Source of the DNA: a virus
DNA: 64,000 bases
Reading direction: 5' to 3' (one strand)
Virus record (IMG/VR): IMGVR_UViG_3300048577_000342
The notes beneath the pieces were generated by a model. That model saw only the letters and a program-made list of their open reading frames with translations, was not told where the DNA came from and made no database searches. The translations under genes and the position numbers were made by a program. Shown piece by piece: positions 17,021-26,733 of this stretch; the stretch's first letter is position 1; each line of letters opens with the position of its first letter.

Positions 17021-17852
17021 GGCCCGCGCCTTCGCGCGTCCGCAGAACTTCCAGTGGGACGCGCCGGCCGATGTGCTCGCCCGCTGGGCCGCTTCGCCGC
17101 TCGCGGCCGACAGCGCCGACGAGACGACGATCACCATGTTCGACGTCATCGGCGAGGACTGGTGGACCGGCGCCGGCGTCGCCGCCAAGCGCGTCTCGGC
17201 GGCGTTGCGGGCCATCGGCTCGCGCGACGTGACGGTGAAGATCAACTCGCCGGGTGGCGACCTCTTCGAGGGGATCGCAATCTACAACCTTCTGCGCGCC
17301 CATCCCGCCAAGGTGAAGGTCGAGGTGCTGGGCTATGCCGCCTCGGCCGCCTCCATCATCGCCATGGCCGGTGACGAGATCCGCATGGGGCTCGGCACCT
17401 TCATGATGATCCACAATGCCTGGGGCGTCGTCATCGGCAACAGGCACGACCTCGCCGAAGCCTCGAAGCTTTTCGAGCAGTTCGATGCGGCGATCGCCGA
17501 CGTCTACGAGGCGCGCTCCGGCATGAAGCGCGCCGACATCGAGGCGCTCATGGACGCCGAAGCCTGGATGGCGCCGTCCGAGGCGGTCGCGAACGGCTTT
17601 GCCGATTCCGTCGACGAGGCCCTCGTGGCTCCCGCCGCGGAACCGTCCAACAAGACTGACCGCGGGTTGATGGCCCGCCGCCAGACCGAGGCGGCCCTCG
17701 CCCGCGCCGGCTACAGCCGGCAGGCGCGGACCGACATGCTCTCCCAGATGATGGCCGCTCAGCGCGATGCAGGCGGCCATGCCACGCGTGATGCAGGCGA
17801 CCCTCTCGATCTCGCTGCCGTTCGGCAGCTGATCGCCACCCTGAAAACCTGA
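16998..17852 (+). CDS. ClpP (S14)-type prohead protease
   Basis: INSPGGD, AASAAS, MMIHNAW; start moved to ATG 16998. Confidence 0.9.
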   Translation: MTLRKLPEARAFARPQNFQWDAPADVLARWAASPLAADSADETTITMFDVIGEDWWTGAGVAAKRVSAALRAIGSRDVTVKINSPGGDLFEGIAIYNLLRAHPAKVKVEVLGYAASAASIIAMAGDEIRMGLGTFMMIHNAWGVVIGNRHDLAEASKLFEQFDAAIADVYEARSGMKRADIEALMDAEAWMAPSEAVANGFADSVDEALVAPAAEPSNKTDRGLMARRQTEAALARAGYSRQARTDMLSQMMAAQRDAGGHATRDAGDPLDLAAVRQLIATLKT

Positions 17853-17863
17853 AGGAGCTTCCG

Positions 17864-19249
17864 ATGAAGCGCTCTTACGTCGTGGCCGCGCTGGGCGCGG
17901 CCGCCCTGCTCTGCGTCTGCCTGCTGGCAACGCTTCCCGCCGATCTTCCCGCCGGCGTCGCCGGTCTCGTCCAGGCGGGCGCACTCATGCCCGTCGTCGC
18001 CTCCCGGCCCCGCGGCCTCGTCGCCGTCCGGGCCGACCAGACGCCGGCCCAGATCATCGCCGAGCTGAATCGCGCCTTCGAGGCCTTCAAGTCCGAGCAC
18101 TCGAAAGAGATGGCCGATGTGAAGAAGGCGATGGGCGATGTCGTCCAGACCGAGAAGGTCGATCGCATCAACGCCGAGATCACCAAGCTTCAGGCGGCGA
18201 TGGACGAGATGAACGCCTCGGTGGCCGCAGCCCGGCTCGGTGGCGGTGGCGGCGCCCAGGCGCTGACGGCCGACCAGCGCGCCCATGCGACGGCTTTCGA
18301 CCGCTTCTTCCGCATGGGTGTGGACAACGGCCTGCGCGACCTCGAGGTCAAGGCCTCGCTGCAGACCCAGTCGGATCCGGACGGCGGTTATGTCGTGCCG
18401 GTGCAGCAGGAGCAGACGATCGACCGTGTCCTGGCGACCGTCTCGGCCATGCGCCAGCTCGCGACCATCCGGCAGGTCTCGTCGAAGAGCTACAAGAAGC
18501 TCGTCAATCTCGGCGGTGCCGGCTCCGGCTGGGTCGGCGAGACCGGCCAGCGCCCCCAGACGGGCACCCCCGAGCTTGCGCAGCTGGAGTATCCGGTCAT
18601 GGAACTTTACGCCAACCCGGCGGCGACCCAGACCGTGCTCGACGATGCCGCCATCGATCTCGGCGCCTGGCTCGCCGACGAGGTGGCGATCACCTTCGCC
18701 GAGCAGGAGGCCGGGGCCTTTATCTCCGGCAGCGGCGTCAACCGGCCCCGCGGCCTGCTGGCCTATGACACCGTGGCCAACGCCTCCTACGCCTGGGGCA
18801 AGCTCGGCTTCATCGTCACCGGTGCTGCTGCGGACTTCGCCACGACCGATCCGGCCGACGCCTTCATCGATCTCGTCTACGGGATCAAGCAGGGCTACCG
18901 CCAGAACGCCTCCTTCCTCATGAACCGCACGGTCCAGGGCAAGGTGCGCAAGTTCAAGGACGGCAACGACAACTATCTGTGGCAGCCCTCGGCGGAGCAG
19001 GGCCAGCCCGCGACCTTCATCGGCTACCCGATCGCCGATGACGACAACATGCCGGACGTCGGCGCCAATGCCTTCCCGGTGGCCTTCGGCGACTTCCGCC
19101 GCGGCTACCTGATCGTCGACCGCATCGGCATCCGCGTCCTGCGCGACCCCTACACCAACAAGCCCTACGTCCACTTCTACACGACCAAGCGCGTGGGCGG
19201 CGGCGTCCAGAACTTCGAGGCCATCAAGCTGCTGAAGTGCTCGACCTGA
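17864..19249 (+). CDS. HK97-fold major capsid protein
   Basis: DPDGGYVVP, FGDFRRGYLIVDR, KRVGGGV; strong RBS. Confidence 0.95.
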   Translation: MKRSYVVAALGAAALLCVCLLATLPADLPAGVAGLVQAGALMPVVASRPRGLVAVRADQTPAQIIAELNRAFEAFKSEHSKEMADVKKAMGDVVQTEKVDRINAEITKLQAAMDEMNASVAAARLGGGGGAQALTADQRAHATAFDRFFRMGVDNGLRDLEVKASLQTQSDPDGGYVVPVQQEQTIDRVLATVSAMRQLATIRQVSSKSYKKLVNLGGAGSGWVGETGQRPQTGTPELAQLEYPVMELYANPAATQTVLDDAAIDLGAWLADEVAITFAEQEAGAFISGSGVNRPRGLLAYDTVANASYAWGKLGFIVTGAAADFATTDPADAFIDLVYGIKQGYRQNASFLMNRTVQGKVRKFKDGNDNYLWQPSAEQGQPATFIGYPIADDDNMPDVGANAFPVAFGDFRRGYLIVDRIGIRVLRDPYTNKPYVHFYTTKRVGGGVQNFEAIKLLKCST

Positions 19250-19257
19250 GGATGAGC

Positions 19258-19282
19258 GCGGGCGGGACGATCTCCCGCCCGC
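19258..19282 (+). terminator. GC-rich hairpin after the capsid gene (terminator or stabiliser)
   Basis: GCGGGCGGGA-cgatc-TCCCGCCCGC; weak U-tract. Confidence 0.45.
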
Positions 19283-19348
19283 CTGTTCCATGACTTCGCC
19301 TGGCTGAGCTCCCAGCCGCCCTCCACCGCTTCCACAAGGAACCGTCCC

Positions 19349-19786
19349 ATGAAGGACCTTCACTCCGGAGTGTCGCTCGCCGTCCTGATCGGCGCCGCCA
19401 CCCTCTCCGCCGACAACACGCCGGCGGCCGTCGATCTCAAGGGCGCCGATGCGGCCGAGATTATCCTGCAGGTCGGTGCCGGCGGCATCACCTTCTCCGG
19501 CACCAACAAGATCGAGTTCAAGCTCACGCACTCGGACGACGACTCGACCTACGAGGACGTCGAGACCGCCGACATGCTCGGCGTCACTGTCGCCTCCGGC
19601 GGTATCATCAAGTCGCTCGTCGCGGCCCATGCCGCCGCGGCGGCCTATCGCTACGGCTACATCGGCGGCAAGCGCTACCTGAAGCTCCTCGCGGACTTTT
19701 CCGGCACCCACGGCAGCGGCACGCCCATCGCCGCGACCGTGGTGAAGGGCGCGCTCTCCATCCAGCCCGCCGCCGACCAGGCCTGA
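19349..19786 (+). CDS. Virion protein, possibly head decoration
   Basis: Beta-rich 145 aa directly after the capsid gene. Confidence 0.55.
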   Translation: MKDLHSGVSLAVLIGAATLSADNTPAAVDLKGADAAEIILQVGAGGITFSGTNKIEFKLTHSDDDSTYEDVETADMLGVTVASGGIIKSLVAAHAAAAAYRYGYIGGKRYLKLLADFSGTHGSGTPIAATVVKGALSIQPAADQA

Positions 19787-19857
19787 TCCCTCATCACCCA
19801 TGAAACCGCAAGGTCGGGACGGTCCATCCGTCCCGCGCCATGCCAGAGGAGAGACCC

Positions 19858-20067
19858 ATGACCATCAAGGTCATCAAGCCGTTCAAGGGCGTGCCCGACG
19901 GCGAAGTGCATCCGCGCCAGTTCAATCCCGGCGACATCGTCAGCGGCTCCCTCGCCGCCGTCGCGCTCGCCGAGAAGTGGGCGAAGGATATGTCGAAGGC
20001 CAAGGCGGAAGAGACGCCGCCGCCTGCCACGGCGAACCCCGTCACGACGCCGCCCTCGGCGACCTGA
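19858..20067 (+). CDS. Small head-associated protein
   Basis: RBS GAGGAG; MTIKVIKPFKG. Confidence 0.55.
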   Translation: MTIKVIKPFKGVPDGEVHPRQFNPGDIVSGSLAAVALAEKWAKDMSKAKAEETPPPATANPVTTPPSAT

Positions 20068-20070
20068 TCC

Positions 20071-20622
20071 ATGTATGCCCCGGAAAGAGTGGCTGGGCCC
20101 GAAGCCCAGCCGGTCACGCGCGGCGAGGCCAAGGCCCACCTGCGCATCGAGACCGACGAGGATGATGCACTGATCGACGGCCTCATCGAGACCGCGACGG
20201 CGCATTTCGACGGCTGGACCGGCGTGCTCGGCCGTTGCCTCGTCACCCAGACCTGGCGGCTGAAGCTGGACCGGTTCTGCGATCCGATCCGCCTGCCCAT
20301 GCCGGCATCGGCGATCTCCGCGATCATCTCTGGCGGGGACGCCGTCTCGGCCAGCGTCTACGAGCTGCTGCACGATGCCGCCGGATCCTACGTCACCCGC
20401 AAGGACGGGCAGTCCTGGCCGACGGTGCCTTCCGGCAACGCCAAGGTGGCGGTGGATTTCGTCGCGGGCTACGGCGCCGCCGCTGCGGTGCCGCTGCCGA
20501 TCCGCACGGCCATCCTCATCCTTGTCGGTCACCTCTATGACAACCGCGGCGGCTCCAACCAGGGCGGCCCTCCTGCCGTCCTGGACGTGCTGATCCGTCC
20601 CTATCGCCGCGTGACCGTCTGA
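20071..20622 (+). CDS. Head-tail connector (gp6-like)
   Basis: EAKAHLRI..DDALI, PIRTAILILVGHLYDNR. Confidence 0.9.
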   Translation: MYAPERVAGPEAQPVTRGEAKAHLRIETDEDDALIDGLIETATAHFDGWTGVLGRCLVTQTWRLKLDRFCDPIRLPMPASAISAIISGGDAVSASVYELLHDAAGSYVTRKDGQSWPTVPSGNAKVAVDFVAGYGAAAAVPLPIRTAILILVGHLYDNRGGSNQGGPPAVLDVLIRPYRRVTV

Positions 20623-20987
20623 TGCCCGACATCATCGGCCTGCTCTCCTCCCGCGTCTCGTTCCACCGGGCCTATGAGGCCGAGGGGGCGATGGGCCGCA
20701 AGGTCGGGGTGAGGATCTGCATCGACGAGCGCTGGGCCTCGGTCCGGCCGGATCGCGGCACCACGGCGCTGGAAGGCCAGGTGCCGGTGGACCGCTGCGA
20801 CCTCATCGTCACCCTGCGCACCGGCGGCATCGTCGATCAGCTGACGATCGAGGACCGCCTCGTCTACCCGGCCCGCTCCGGCGACTGGTACCGCATCACG
20901 TCGATCGAGCCTGCCAACCGGCAGATCGGCCGCCGCACGCTCTACTGCGTCCGCGAGGCGCGGCCCTCGCCCGCCGACGACGCCTGA
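20622..20987 (+). CDS. Head closure/adaptor protein
   Basis: Position; YRITSIEP motif. Confidence 0.65.
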   Translation: MPDIIGLLSSRVSFHRAYEAEGAMGRKVGVRICIDERWASVRPDRGTTALEGQVPVDRCDLIVTLRTGGIVDQLTIEDRLVYPARSGDWYRITSIEPANRQIGRRTLYCVREARPSPADDA

Positions 20988-21030
20988 CACCCGCCATCCG
21001 TTCCCGCTTCTCAACCACCAGGAGGCCGCC

Positions 21031-21537
21031 ATGGGCGCGCAGCTCGACATCGCCGTGCAGATTCTCGGCAGCTACACCGGGTCCAACGACATCGCCGCCG
21101 TCGCCGCGTCCTTCTCCAAGCGCAAGGCGCTGGGCTTCACCTCCGGCACCGGCGCCGGCCAGGCCGACAAGGTCTTCTCCGACACCCGGTCGATCCCCGC
21201 CTCGTCCAACGACGACATCGACCTCGCCGGCTCGCTCGTCGATCCGCTCGGCGCCGCGGTGACCTTCGCCGGCATCAAGGCGATCTACATCGAGGCCGAC
21301 GCCGCCAACGTCAACGACGTCGTCGTCGGTGGCCACGACACCGCCTCCTTCCTTGGTCCCTTCGCCGATGCCTCCGACAAGGTGAAGCTGAAGGCCGGCG
21401 AGGTGCTGCTGGTCACCAACCGCAGCGCAGCCGGCTGGCCCGTCACCGCCACCACGGCCGACATCCTGCGCATCGCCAATGGCGGCTCGGGCTCGGCCGT
21501 CGGCTATTCCATCATCCTGATCGGCGACAGCGCGTAA
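21031..21537 (+). CDS. Virion structural protein of unknown function
   Basis: RBS GGAGG; located in the neck region. Confidence 0.6.
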   Translation: MGAQLDIAVQILGSYTGSNDIAAVAASFSKRKALGFTSGTGAGQADKVFSDTRSIPASSNDDIDLAGSLVDPLGAAVTFAGIKAIYIEADAANVNDVVVGGHDTASFLGPFADASDKVKLKAGEVLLVTNRSAAGWPVTATTADILRIANGGSGSAVGYSIILIGDSA

Positions 21538-21992
21538 TGGCGATCTACGGCCTCGCGGCCCGGGCGCTGCTCTTCGCGGCCCCCAGCATTCCGGCAGCCA
21601 CGGCAGCCGCCGGGGTGCTGGGCGTCATCGAAACGCTCACCGGCCTGAAAAAGGTCTGGTCGAGCATCGTCACCCTCGCCAGTGGCGGTGACGAGCGGCT
21701 GGCGAAGGAAATCGTCGCCCTGCAGCGCGAGCGCGGGCCAGACGACACCTTCACCCTCGAGCGCGGCACCGACTGGCGGCGCGAGGGCGACGAGATCGTC
21801 ATCACCGCCTCGGCCGTCCGCCGGCTCACCTCGGGCGACAGTGACGATTACGCATGGTTCGTCGAGCGCGGCACCGACGACACCGAGGCGCAGCCCTACT
21901 TCTGGGATTCGGCGGCGGAGAGGTTCGCCGCCTGGGGTCGCGACATGGACCAGATCCTCGATACGGCCGCCGCCGAGTTCAACGCAGGGTGA
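21537..21992 (+). CDS. HK97 gp10-like neck protein
   Basis: AWFVERGT..EAQPYF. Confidence 0.7.
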   Translation: MAIYGLAARALLFAAPSIPAATAAAGVLGVIETLTGLKKVWSSIVTLASGGDERLAKEIVALQRERGPDDTFTLERGTDWRREGDEIVITASAVRRLTSGDSDDYAWFVERGTDDTEAQPYFWDSAAERFAAWGRDMDQILDTAAAEFNAG

Positions 21993-21995
21993 TCC

Positions 21996-22199
21996 ATGCG
22001 CTACCGCGTCACCGAAAACCGCGTCATGAGCGGCTACGAGCTGAAGGCCTCCTTCCTCTATGAGGCCGGGCAGATCGTCGACGACACGGTGGATCCGCCC
22101 GATCATGTCGAGCGGCTTCTCGCCGCCGGCGTGCTCGAGCCGATCACCGAGGATCCGCCGCCGCCTGCGCCCGCCCGCCGCGGGAGGGCCGCATCATGA
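21996..22199 (+). CDS. Small phage protein
   Basis: Coupled ORF in the neck region. Confidence 0.55.
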   Translation: MRYRVTENRVMSGYELKASFLYEAGQIVDDTVDPPDHVERLLAAGVLEPITEDPPPPAPARRGRAAS

Positions 22200-22609
22200 G
22201 CCTGTCGCCGGAAGAGGCGGTGGGCGCCGCCGTCGCCGCCCTCGCGAAGTCGGCGCTCGCCCCGCTCGCCTTCTATGACTACGTTCCGGCGGATGGCGAG
22301 CTGCGCACGCCTCTCGCCGCCCTCGGCGTCGTCGGCTCGCAGCGCCAGCACGGCAACCGCTGCGGCAAGGTCTGGCAGGTGTCCTTCCGCCTGCACCTCA
22401 TGTCCAAGGCCTCCGGCCGCGAGGATGCCTGGCGCTGGCTCCAGAAGCTGCGCGATGCCCTCGATGGCCAGACCCTCGCGCTGGCCGATCCCTATGCCGC
22501 CGAGACGCGCCTCAGGGAGCAGCGCGCCGGCGATGCCGCCGACCGGCTCCAGGCCTTCAACCACGCCTTCATCCAGTTCGAGCTGACGGTCTCCCGCCCG
22601 CTCGCGTGA
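22196..22609 (+). CDS. Tail completion/terminator protein (DUF3168-like)
   Basis: FYDYVP, position before the tail tube. Confidence 0.7.
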   Translation: MSLSPEEAVGAAVAALAKSALAPLAFYDYVPADGELRTPLAALGVVGSQRQHGNRCGKVWQVSFRLHLMSKASGREDAWRWLQKLRDALDGQTLALADPYAAETRLREQRAGDAADRLQAFNHAFIQFELTVSRPLA

Positions 22610-22635
22610 TCTCGCCAAACCCAACGGAGGGCCGC

Positions 22636-23091
22636 ATGACCGCCAACACTCTCATTGAGACCGAACTGCACCAGCTCTTCCTGTCGGATGGCACCGAAGG
22701 CGCCGGGCGCTTCAAGTTCATGTGCTATGTCGAGACCTTCGAGTTCAACGAAACTCGGAACTTCTCGGAGCGTATGGTTCGCAACTGCGCCGATCCTGCC
22801 GCCAAGCCGGTGCGCAAGTCGACGCCGGGCGCCTATGTTTTCAACGTGCCCATGACCGGTCACGCCGCCCAGTCCAACGCCATGTACCGTGCGTTCAAGG
22901 CGGCGATCCGCACGGGGGCCAAGATCGAATTGCAGCGCAAGATCGATCTCTCGGCCGCCAACGGTGGCGGCGCAGACGTCTTCTTCGCCTATGTCGAGAA
23001 CTTCAACGAATCGATGCCCAACGAGGGTGTCGTCACCTGGACGGCCACCGTCCGCGGTGAGGATGAGCCGGTCTGGACGGCCGCCGCCTGA
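22636..23091 (+). CDS. Tail tube protein
   Basis: RBS GGAGG; position; beta-rich, NEGVVTWTATVRG. Confidence 0.75.
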   Translation: MTANTLIETELHQLFLSDGTEGAGRFKFMCYVETFEFNETRNFSERMVRNCADPAAKPVRKSTPGAYVFNVPMTGHAAQSNAMYRAFKAAIRTGAKIELQRKIDLSAANGGGADVFFAYVENFNESMPNEGVVTWTATVRGEDEPVWTAAA

Positions 23092-23519
23092 TGACCTCGA
23101 CACGCATCGTCAGGCCATTCGCCGGCCGGGAGCGCGCCTTCGACGTCGCGCCGCTCGGCATCATCGAGCGGCTCGAACGGGCCTGCGGCGCCGGTATGGG
23201 CGCGATCCTCGGCCGACTCCAGGGCCGGGGCTTCAACCCCATCACCGGCATGCCGGACCCCGTCTTCCGCCATGCCGACATCCGGGAGACGGTTCGGCTG
23301 GGCCTCATCGGCGGCGGCGCCACCGATGCCGAGGCCACCGAGTGGGTGATGGAGGCGATCGACGGCCGGCCCATCCTCGAGCACCTCGGCCTCGCCGTGG
23401 CGATCATGAGCGCCTACGCCTTCGGGGTGGATGACGCCCTAAAAAAATCCGAAGGCCCGGCGGCAAGGCGCCCTCGCGCTCGCAAGCCGTCGGGCCCGGC
23501 GACATCACCTGGGCCCTGA
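23091..23519 (+). CDS. Tail assembly chaperone (gpG-like)
   Basis: IRETVRLGLIGGG motif; between tube and tape measure. Confidence 0.8.
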   Translation: MTSTRIVRPFAGRERAFDVAPLGIIERLERACGAGMGAILGRLQGRGFNPITGMPDPVFRHADIRETVRLGLIGGGATDAEATEWVMEAIDGRPILEHLGLAVAIMSAYAFGVDDALKKSEGPAARRPRARKPSGPATSPGP

Positions 23520-23701
23520 CCTCCGGCATGTTCATGGGCCTCGCGCCCTCCGAGGTGCGAAGCCTCACCCTGCCGCAGTTCCTCATGATGCAGGACGCCT
23601 ACGCCCGCGCCCATGCCGCACCCGGCAAGGGCGGCGCGCCGCCTGCACCCCCGCCGCCCCCTGCCGACATCGCCCGCCTCCTGAAGGCGAGGGAGTCCTG
23701 A
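23441..23701 (+). other. Programmed -1 frameshift site and gpGT-like extension
   Basis: In-phase A AAA AAA at 23441-23447; the -1 frame is open to TGA at 23699 and encodes GLAPSEVRSLTLPQF. Confidence 0.8.
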
Positions 23702-23707
23702 GCGACC

Positions 23708-25987
23708 ATGGCCCAGCCCATCGTCCTGCGCTTCAAGTCCGACACCGAGTCCGCCCGCAGGGCGGTGGTGGCGCTCGGCACCACGGTCGCCACCTCCATG
23801 GCCTCCGTCTCGGCCTCGGCGATCGCAGCCCATCAGTCCAGCAATCTGTCGCTGGGTGGCATGGCCGTCACCGCGCTGAAAGCCGCCGCCTCGCTCACCG
23901 CCATGCAATATGCGGCGGTGGCGGCCTTCGCCGCCTTCACGGCCGCGGCGGCTGCCGGGGCGGTCGAGCTGGAGAAATTCCAGAAGCTCGCCGAGAAGGC
24001 GGCGGCCTCCAACCTCGGCACCACCTTCTTCCAGGCCTTCGTCGACGGCTCCCGGCAGCTGCGCCTCGAGACGAAGCAGCTGGAGAGCGATCTCGCCGCG
24101 CTGGAGAAGGCGACGCGCGACAAGTTCGATGCCGACCGCGCCAGCGGTGTTTCCAACCGCACCGGCGACCTCCTGCAGGCGCGCTTCCGCGGCACCAACG
24201 ACTTCGGCCTGTCGGAGTCGCCCACCCTCTTCGCCAATGCCCAGAACGCCGAGGAGCGGATCCGTGCCGTCCTCGTCGCGCTGCGCGACATGGAAGGCGC
24301 CGGGCAGCGCCTCGCGGCCATCGATCTCGCGCGTCAGCTCGGCCTCGACAATCTCGCCGAGCGGGTGGAGCAGGGCCGGGCCTCTTTCTCCGGCTTCCTC
24401 GCGGAGGTCGAGAAGACGGCCGCCTCCGGCCTGCGCGACGGCTCGCTCGTCTCGCCTGAGCTCATCGCCCGCGCCGACGAACTCAAGCGCCGCTGGGAGG
24501 CCAACACCGAAGAGCTGTCGAAGAACCTCCGGCCGATCCTCGACGAGTGCGCCCGCCTGGCGCTGGCCATCGGCAACGGCGCGGCATGGACCGCCGAGCA
24601 GTTCACCAAGGTCGTCGGCGTCGTTGGTGAGGCCGTGCGCCTCATGCGCCAGCTCGCCAGCCTGGTGCCCGGCACGACGGCAGGCGCCATCGCCGCCACC
24701 GACGCCCAGTCGATCACCGCGCTCGAAACCCGCCTGCGCGATGCCGGCCTGTCGCCGCTGCAGCGCCGTGGCCTCGAACAGCAGCTGCGCGATGCGCAGG
24801 GGCGCGTCGCCCGCCGCGAGGCCTCCGACGTGCCGGAGGCTCCGGTCGACTTCGGCTATGGCGGCACGCCGCCGCCCGCCACCTCATTCAATGCGCCGGT
24901 GCCCAATGCGCGGCCGGCTTCGGCCGGAGCGGGCTCGACGCCGCGCGCCTCTGGTACTTCGGCGGAGAAGACCGATGAATGGGCCACGGCCTATGAGCGG
25001 CTCATCAACGCCATGGAGAAATCCAACGAGGTGCTGAAGGCCGAGCTGGCGACGATCGGCAAGTCGACGGTCGAGAAGGAGAAGGCCCTGGCCATCGCCA
25101 AGGCTGAGGCCGAGGCCCGCCGCACCGGCGGCACGCTCACCGAAGAGCAGCGCCAGAAGATCCTCGCACTCGCCGAGGCGCAGGGTCGGCTGAAGGATGC
25201 CATCAAGGCGGCCGAGGCAGCACAGAAGGCCTACAACGACGCGGTCCAGTTCTCCGGCACACTCACCTCCGGCTTCCTCTCCGACATCATCTCCGGCGGC
25301 AAGAATGCCCAGGAAGCGGTGATGAACCTGGTCAAGAAGCTCGCCGATGCGCTGCTCATGGCGGCGCTGCTCGGGCAGGGCCCTCTCGCCGGCATCCTCG
25401 GCCTCGCCCCGGCGGCCGGCGGCGGCTCCACCGTCGGCGGCCTCTTCGGCATGCTGGGCGGCGGCATGGGCGCTGCCGGCATGGCGGGTGGCGGCATGGC
25501 CGGCGGCGGGCTCTTCGGCATGCTCGGCGGCCTCTTCGGCATGGGCGCCGCAGCGGCTCCGGCGACGCTCTCGCCCTTCATGTTCTTTCATGCCGGCGGC
25601 GTTCTCGGCACCCACGGCACGCCGGGCTCCGCCTCCCCCGGCGTCTTCGCCGGCGCCCCCCGCTTCCACGGCGGCGGCGGGCTGCGACCGGACGAGCTGC
25701 CGATCATCGGTCAGATCGGCGAAGAGATGCTCACCCGCAACCAGCGCAGCGCCGTGGCCCAGTCGCTCGCCATGGGCGATGCCGCCATGCAGGCCCTGCA
25801 GGCCCGCTCCGGCGGCGTCACCATGGCCAACACCTATCACTTCAACAATGTCACGGCCGCCGACCGCGCCACGATCATCGCCGAGGTCGAGCGCCGCGAC
25901 GCGGAGGTGGCTGGCCGCATTGTCCCGACCGTCCAGGATGCCGATCGCCACGGCATCGAGGTCATGCCCTATTCGAAGGGAATGTGA
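23708..25987 (+). CDS. Tape measure protein
   Basis: 759 aa, Ala-rich and helical; C-terminal FHAGG...PRFHGGG...GEEML. Confidence 0.9.
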   Translation: MAQPIVLRFKSDTESARRAVVALGTTVATSMASVSASAIAAHQSSNLSLGGMAVTALKAAASLTAMQYAAVAAFAAFTAAAAAGAVELEKFQKLAEKAAASNLGTTFFQAFVDGSRQLRLETKQLESDLAALEKATRDKFDADRASGVSNRTGDLLQARFRGTNDFGLSESPTLFANAQNAEERIRAVLVALRDMEGAGQRLAAIDLARQLGLDNLAERVEQGRASFSGFLAEVEKTAASGLRDGSLVSPELIARADELKRRWEANTEELSKNLRPILDECARLALAIGNGAAWTAEQFTKVVGVVGEAVRLMRQLASLVPGTTAGAIAATDAQSITALETRLRDAGLSPLQRRGLEQQLRDAQGRVARREASDVPEAPVDFGYGGTPPPATSFNAPVPNARPASAGAGSTPRASGTSAEKTDEWATAYERLINAMEKSNEVLKAELATIGKSTVEKEKALAIAKAEAEARRTGGTLTEEQRQKILALAEAQGRLKDAIKAAEAAQKAYNDAVQFSGTLTSGFLSDIISGGKNAQEAVMNLVKKLADALLMAALLGQGPLAGILGLAPAAGGGSTVGGLFGMLGGGMGAAGMAGGGMAGGGLFGMLGGLFGMGAAAAPATLSPFMFFHAGGVLGTHGTPGSASPGVFAGAPRFHGGGGLRPDELPIIGQIGEEMLTRNQRSAVAQSLAMGDAAMQALQARSGGVTMANTYHFNNVTAADRATIIAEVERRDAEVAGRIVPTVQDADRHGIEVMPYSKGM

Positions 25988-26655
25988 TGGCCCACGTCAC
26001 GCTCCAGGCTGATGTCGACGGCCTGCCGGTCCTGCCGCTCGCCCTCTATGACGAGGCCCTGATGGAGGTGCCGAATGTCGGTGAGTTCTCGGCCAGCGAC
26101 GACGGCGCCGGAGTCGAGGCCGAGCTGGTCGACCCGCGCTGGACGCTCTCCGTCCGTGTCTCCGGCCTCGACTATGACGACTACATGGTGCTGAAGGGCT
26201 GGGTGCAGCGGGTGCGCACCCTTCACGCCGGCCGCTTCCTCGGCTTCGATCCGCGCACCCGGCGCCCGCGCGCCTATGACCAGGCAACCGTCACGCCGCC
26301 CACCCCGACGCTCTCTGCCGCCCTGCCGCAGGATCCGCCGCGGCTGGTGCCGCTAGCCGGCCTCGGCGCTGGCTACCAGCTCTCGGCGGGCGACCGCCTC
26401 GGCATCGTCACAACCTCCGGCGTGCGCACCGTCCACGAAATCGTCGCCGACGTGACGGCCAGTGGCGGCGGCGCTGCCACCGTCTCGGTCATCCCGCGCA
26501 TCCTGCTCGCCACCGCCTCCGGCGTCTCCGTCTCGCTCGACCGACCGCTGCAGCTCTTCCACCTGCGGCCCGGATCCTTCGAGCACGTCCTCTCCATTCA
26601 CGGCGAGATCGCCTTCAAGGCGGTCTCCATCAACAGGGTCCTCGCGGAGCTGTGA
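25987..26655 (+). CDS. Distal tail protein-like
   Basis: Follows the tape measure gene; FLGFDPR motif. Confidence 0.6.
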   Translation: MAHVTLQADVDGLPVLPLALYDEALMEVPNVGEFSASDDGAGVEAELVDPRWTLSVRVSGLDYDDYMVLKGWVQRVRTLHAGRFLGFDPRTRRPRAYDQATVTPPTPTLSAALPQDPPRLVPLAGLGAGYQLSAGDRLGIVTTSGVRTVHEIVADVTASGGGAATVSVIPRILLATASGVSVSLDRPLQLFHLRPGSFEHVLSIHGEIAFKAVSINRVLAEL

Positions 26656-26733
26656 GGTCGCGCCGTCCCGCCCGCGCAAGCCGATGGCGTGACGGCGTCG
26701 CAGCTCCCCCCTGACAACTTCTCCGGAAACCCC

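Larger units (their letters stand above)
162..17471. mobile_element. Prophage A, left part (cargo, early, replication, packaging, portal); the rest probably continues beyond the window
   Basis: Lambdoid gene order starting at the dusA att core; right limit set at the last mismatch with the second copy. Confidence 0.7.
15711..22731 (+). repeat. Long direct repeat, copy 1 (TerL tail to tail tube)
   Basis: Matches 56980-64000 at offset 41269; diverged up to 17471, then identical translations in all listed frames. Confidence 0.95.

Noticed and set aside
17759-19801. Long antisense or alternate-frame ORFs (e.g. 680 aa here, 1022 aa at 28281-31349, 759-aa-gene shadows)
   Set aside because: Shadow ORFs typical of ~70% GC DNA opposite well-supported phage genes; no RBS or family motifs
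25420-25560. GG(M/L)(A/F) tandem repeats in the tape measure gene
   Set aside because: Low-complexity Gly-rich segment common near tape-measure C-termini
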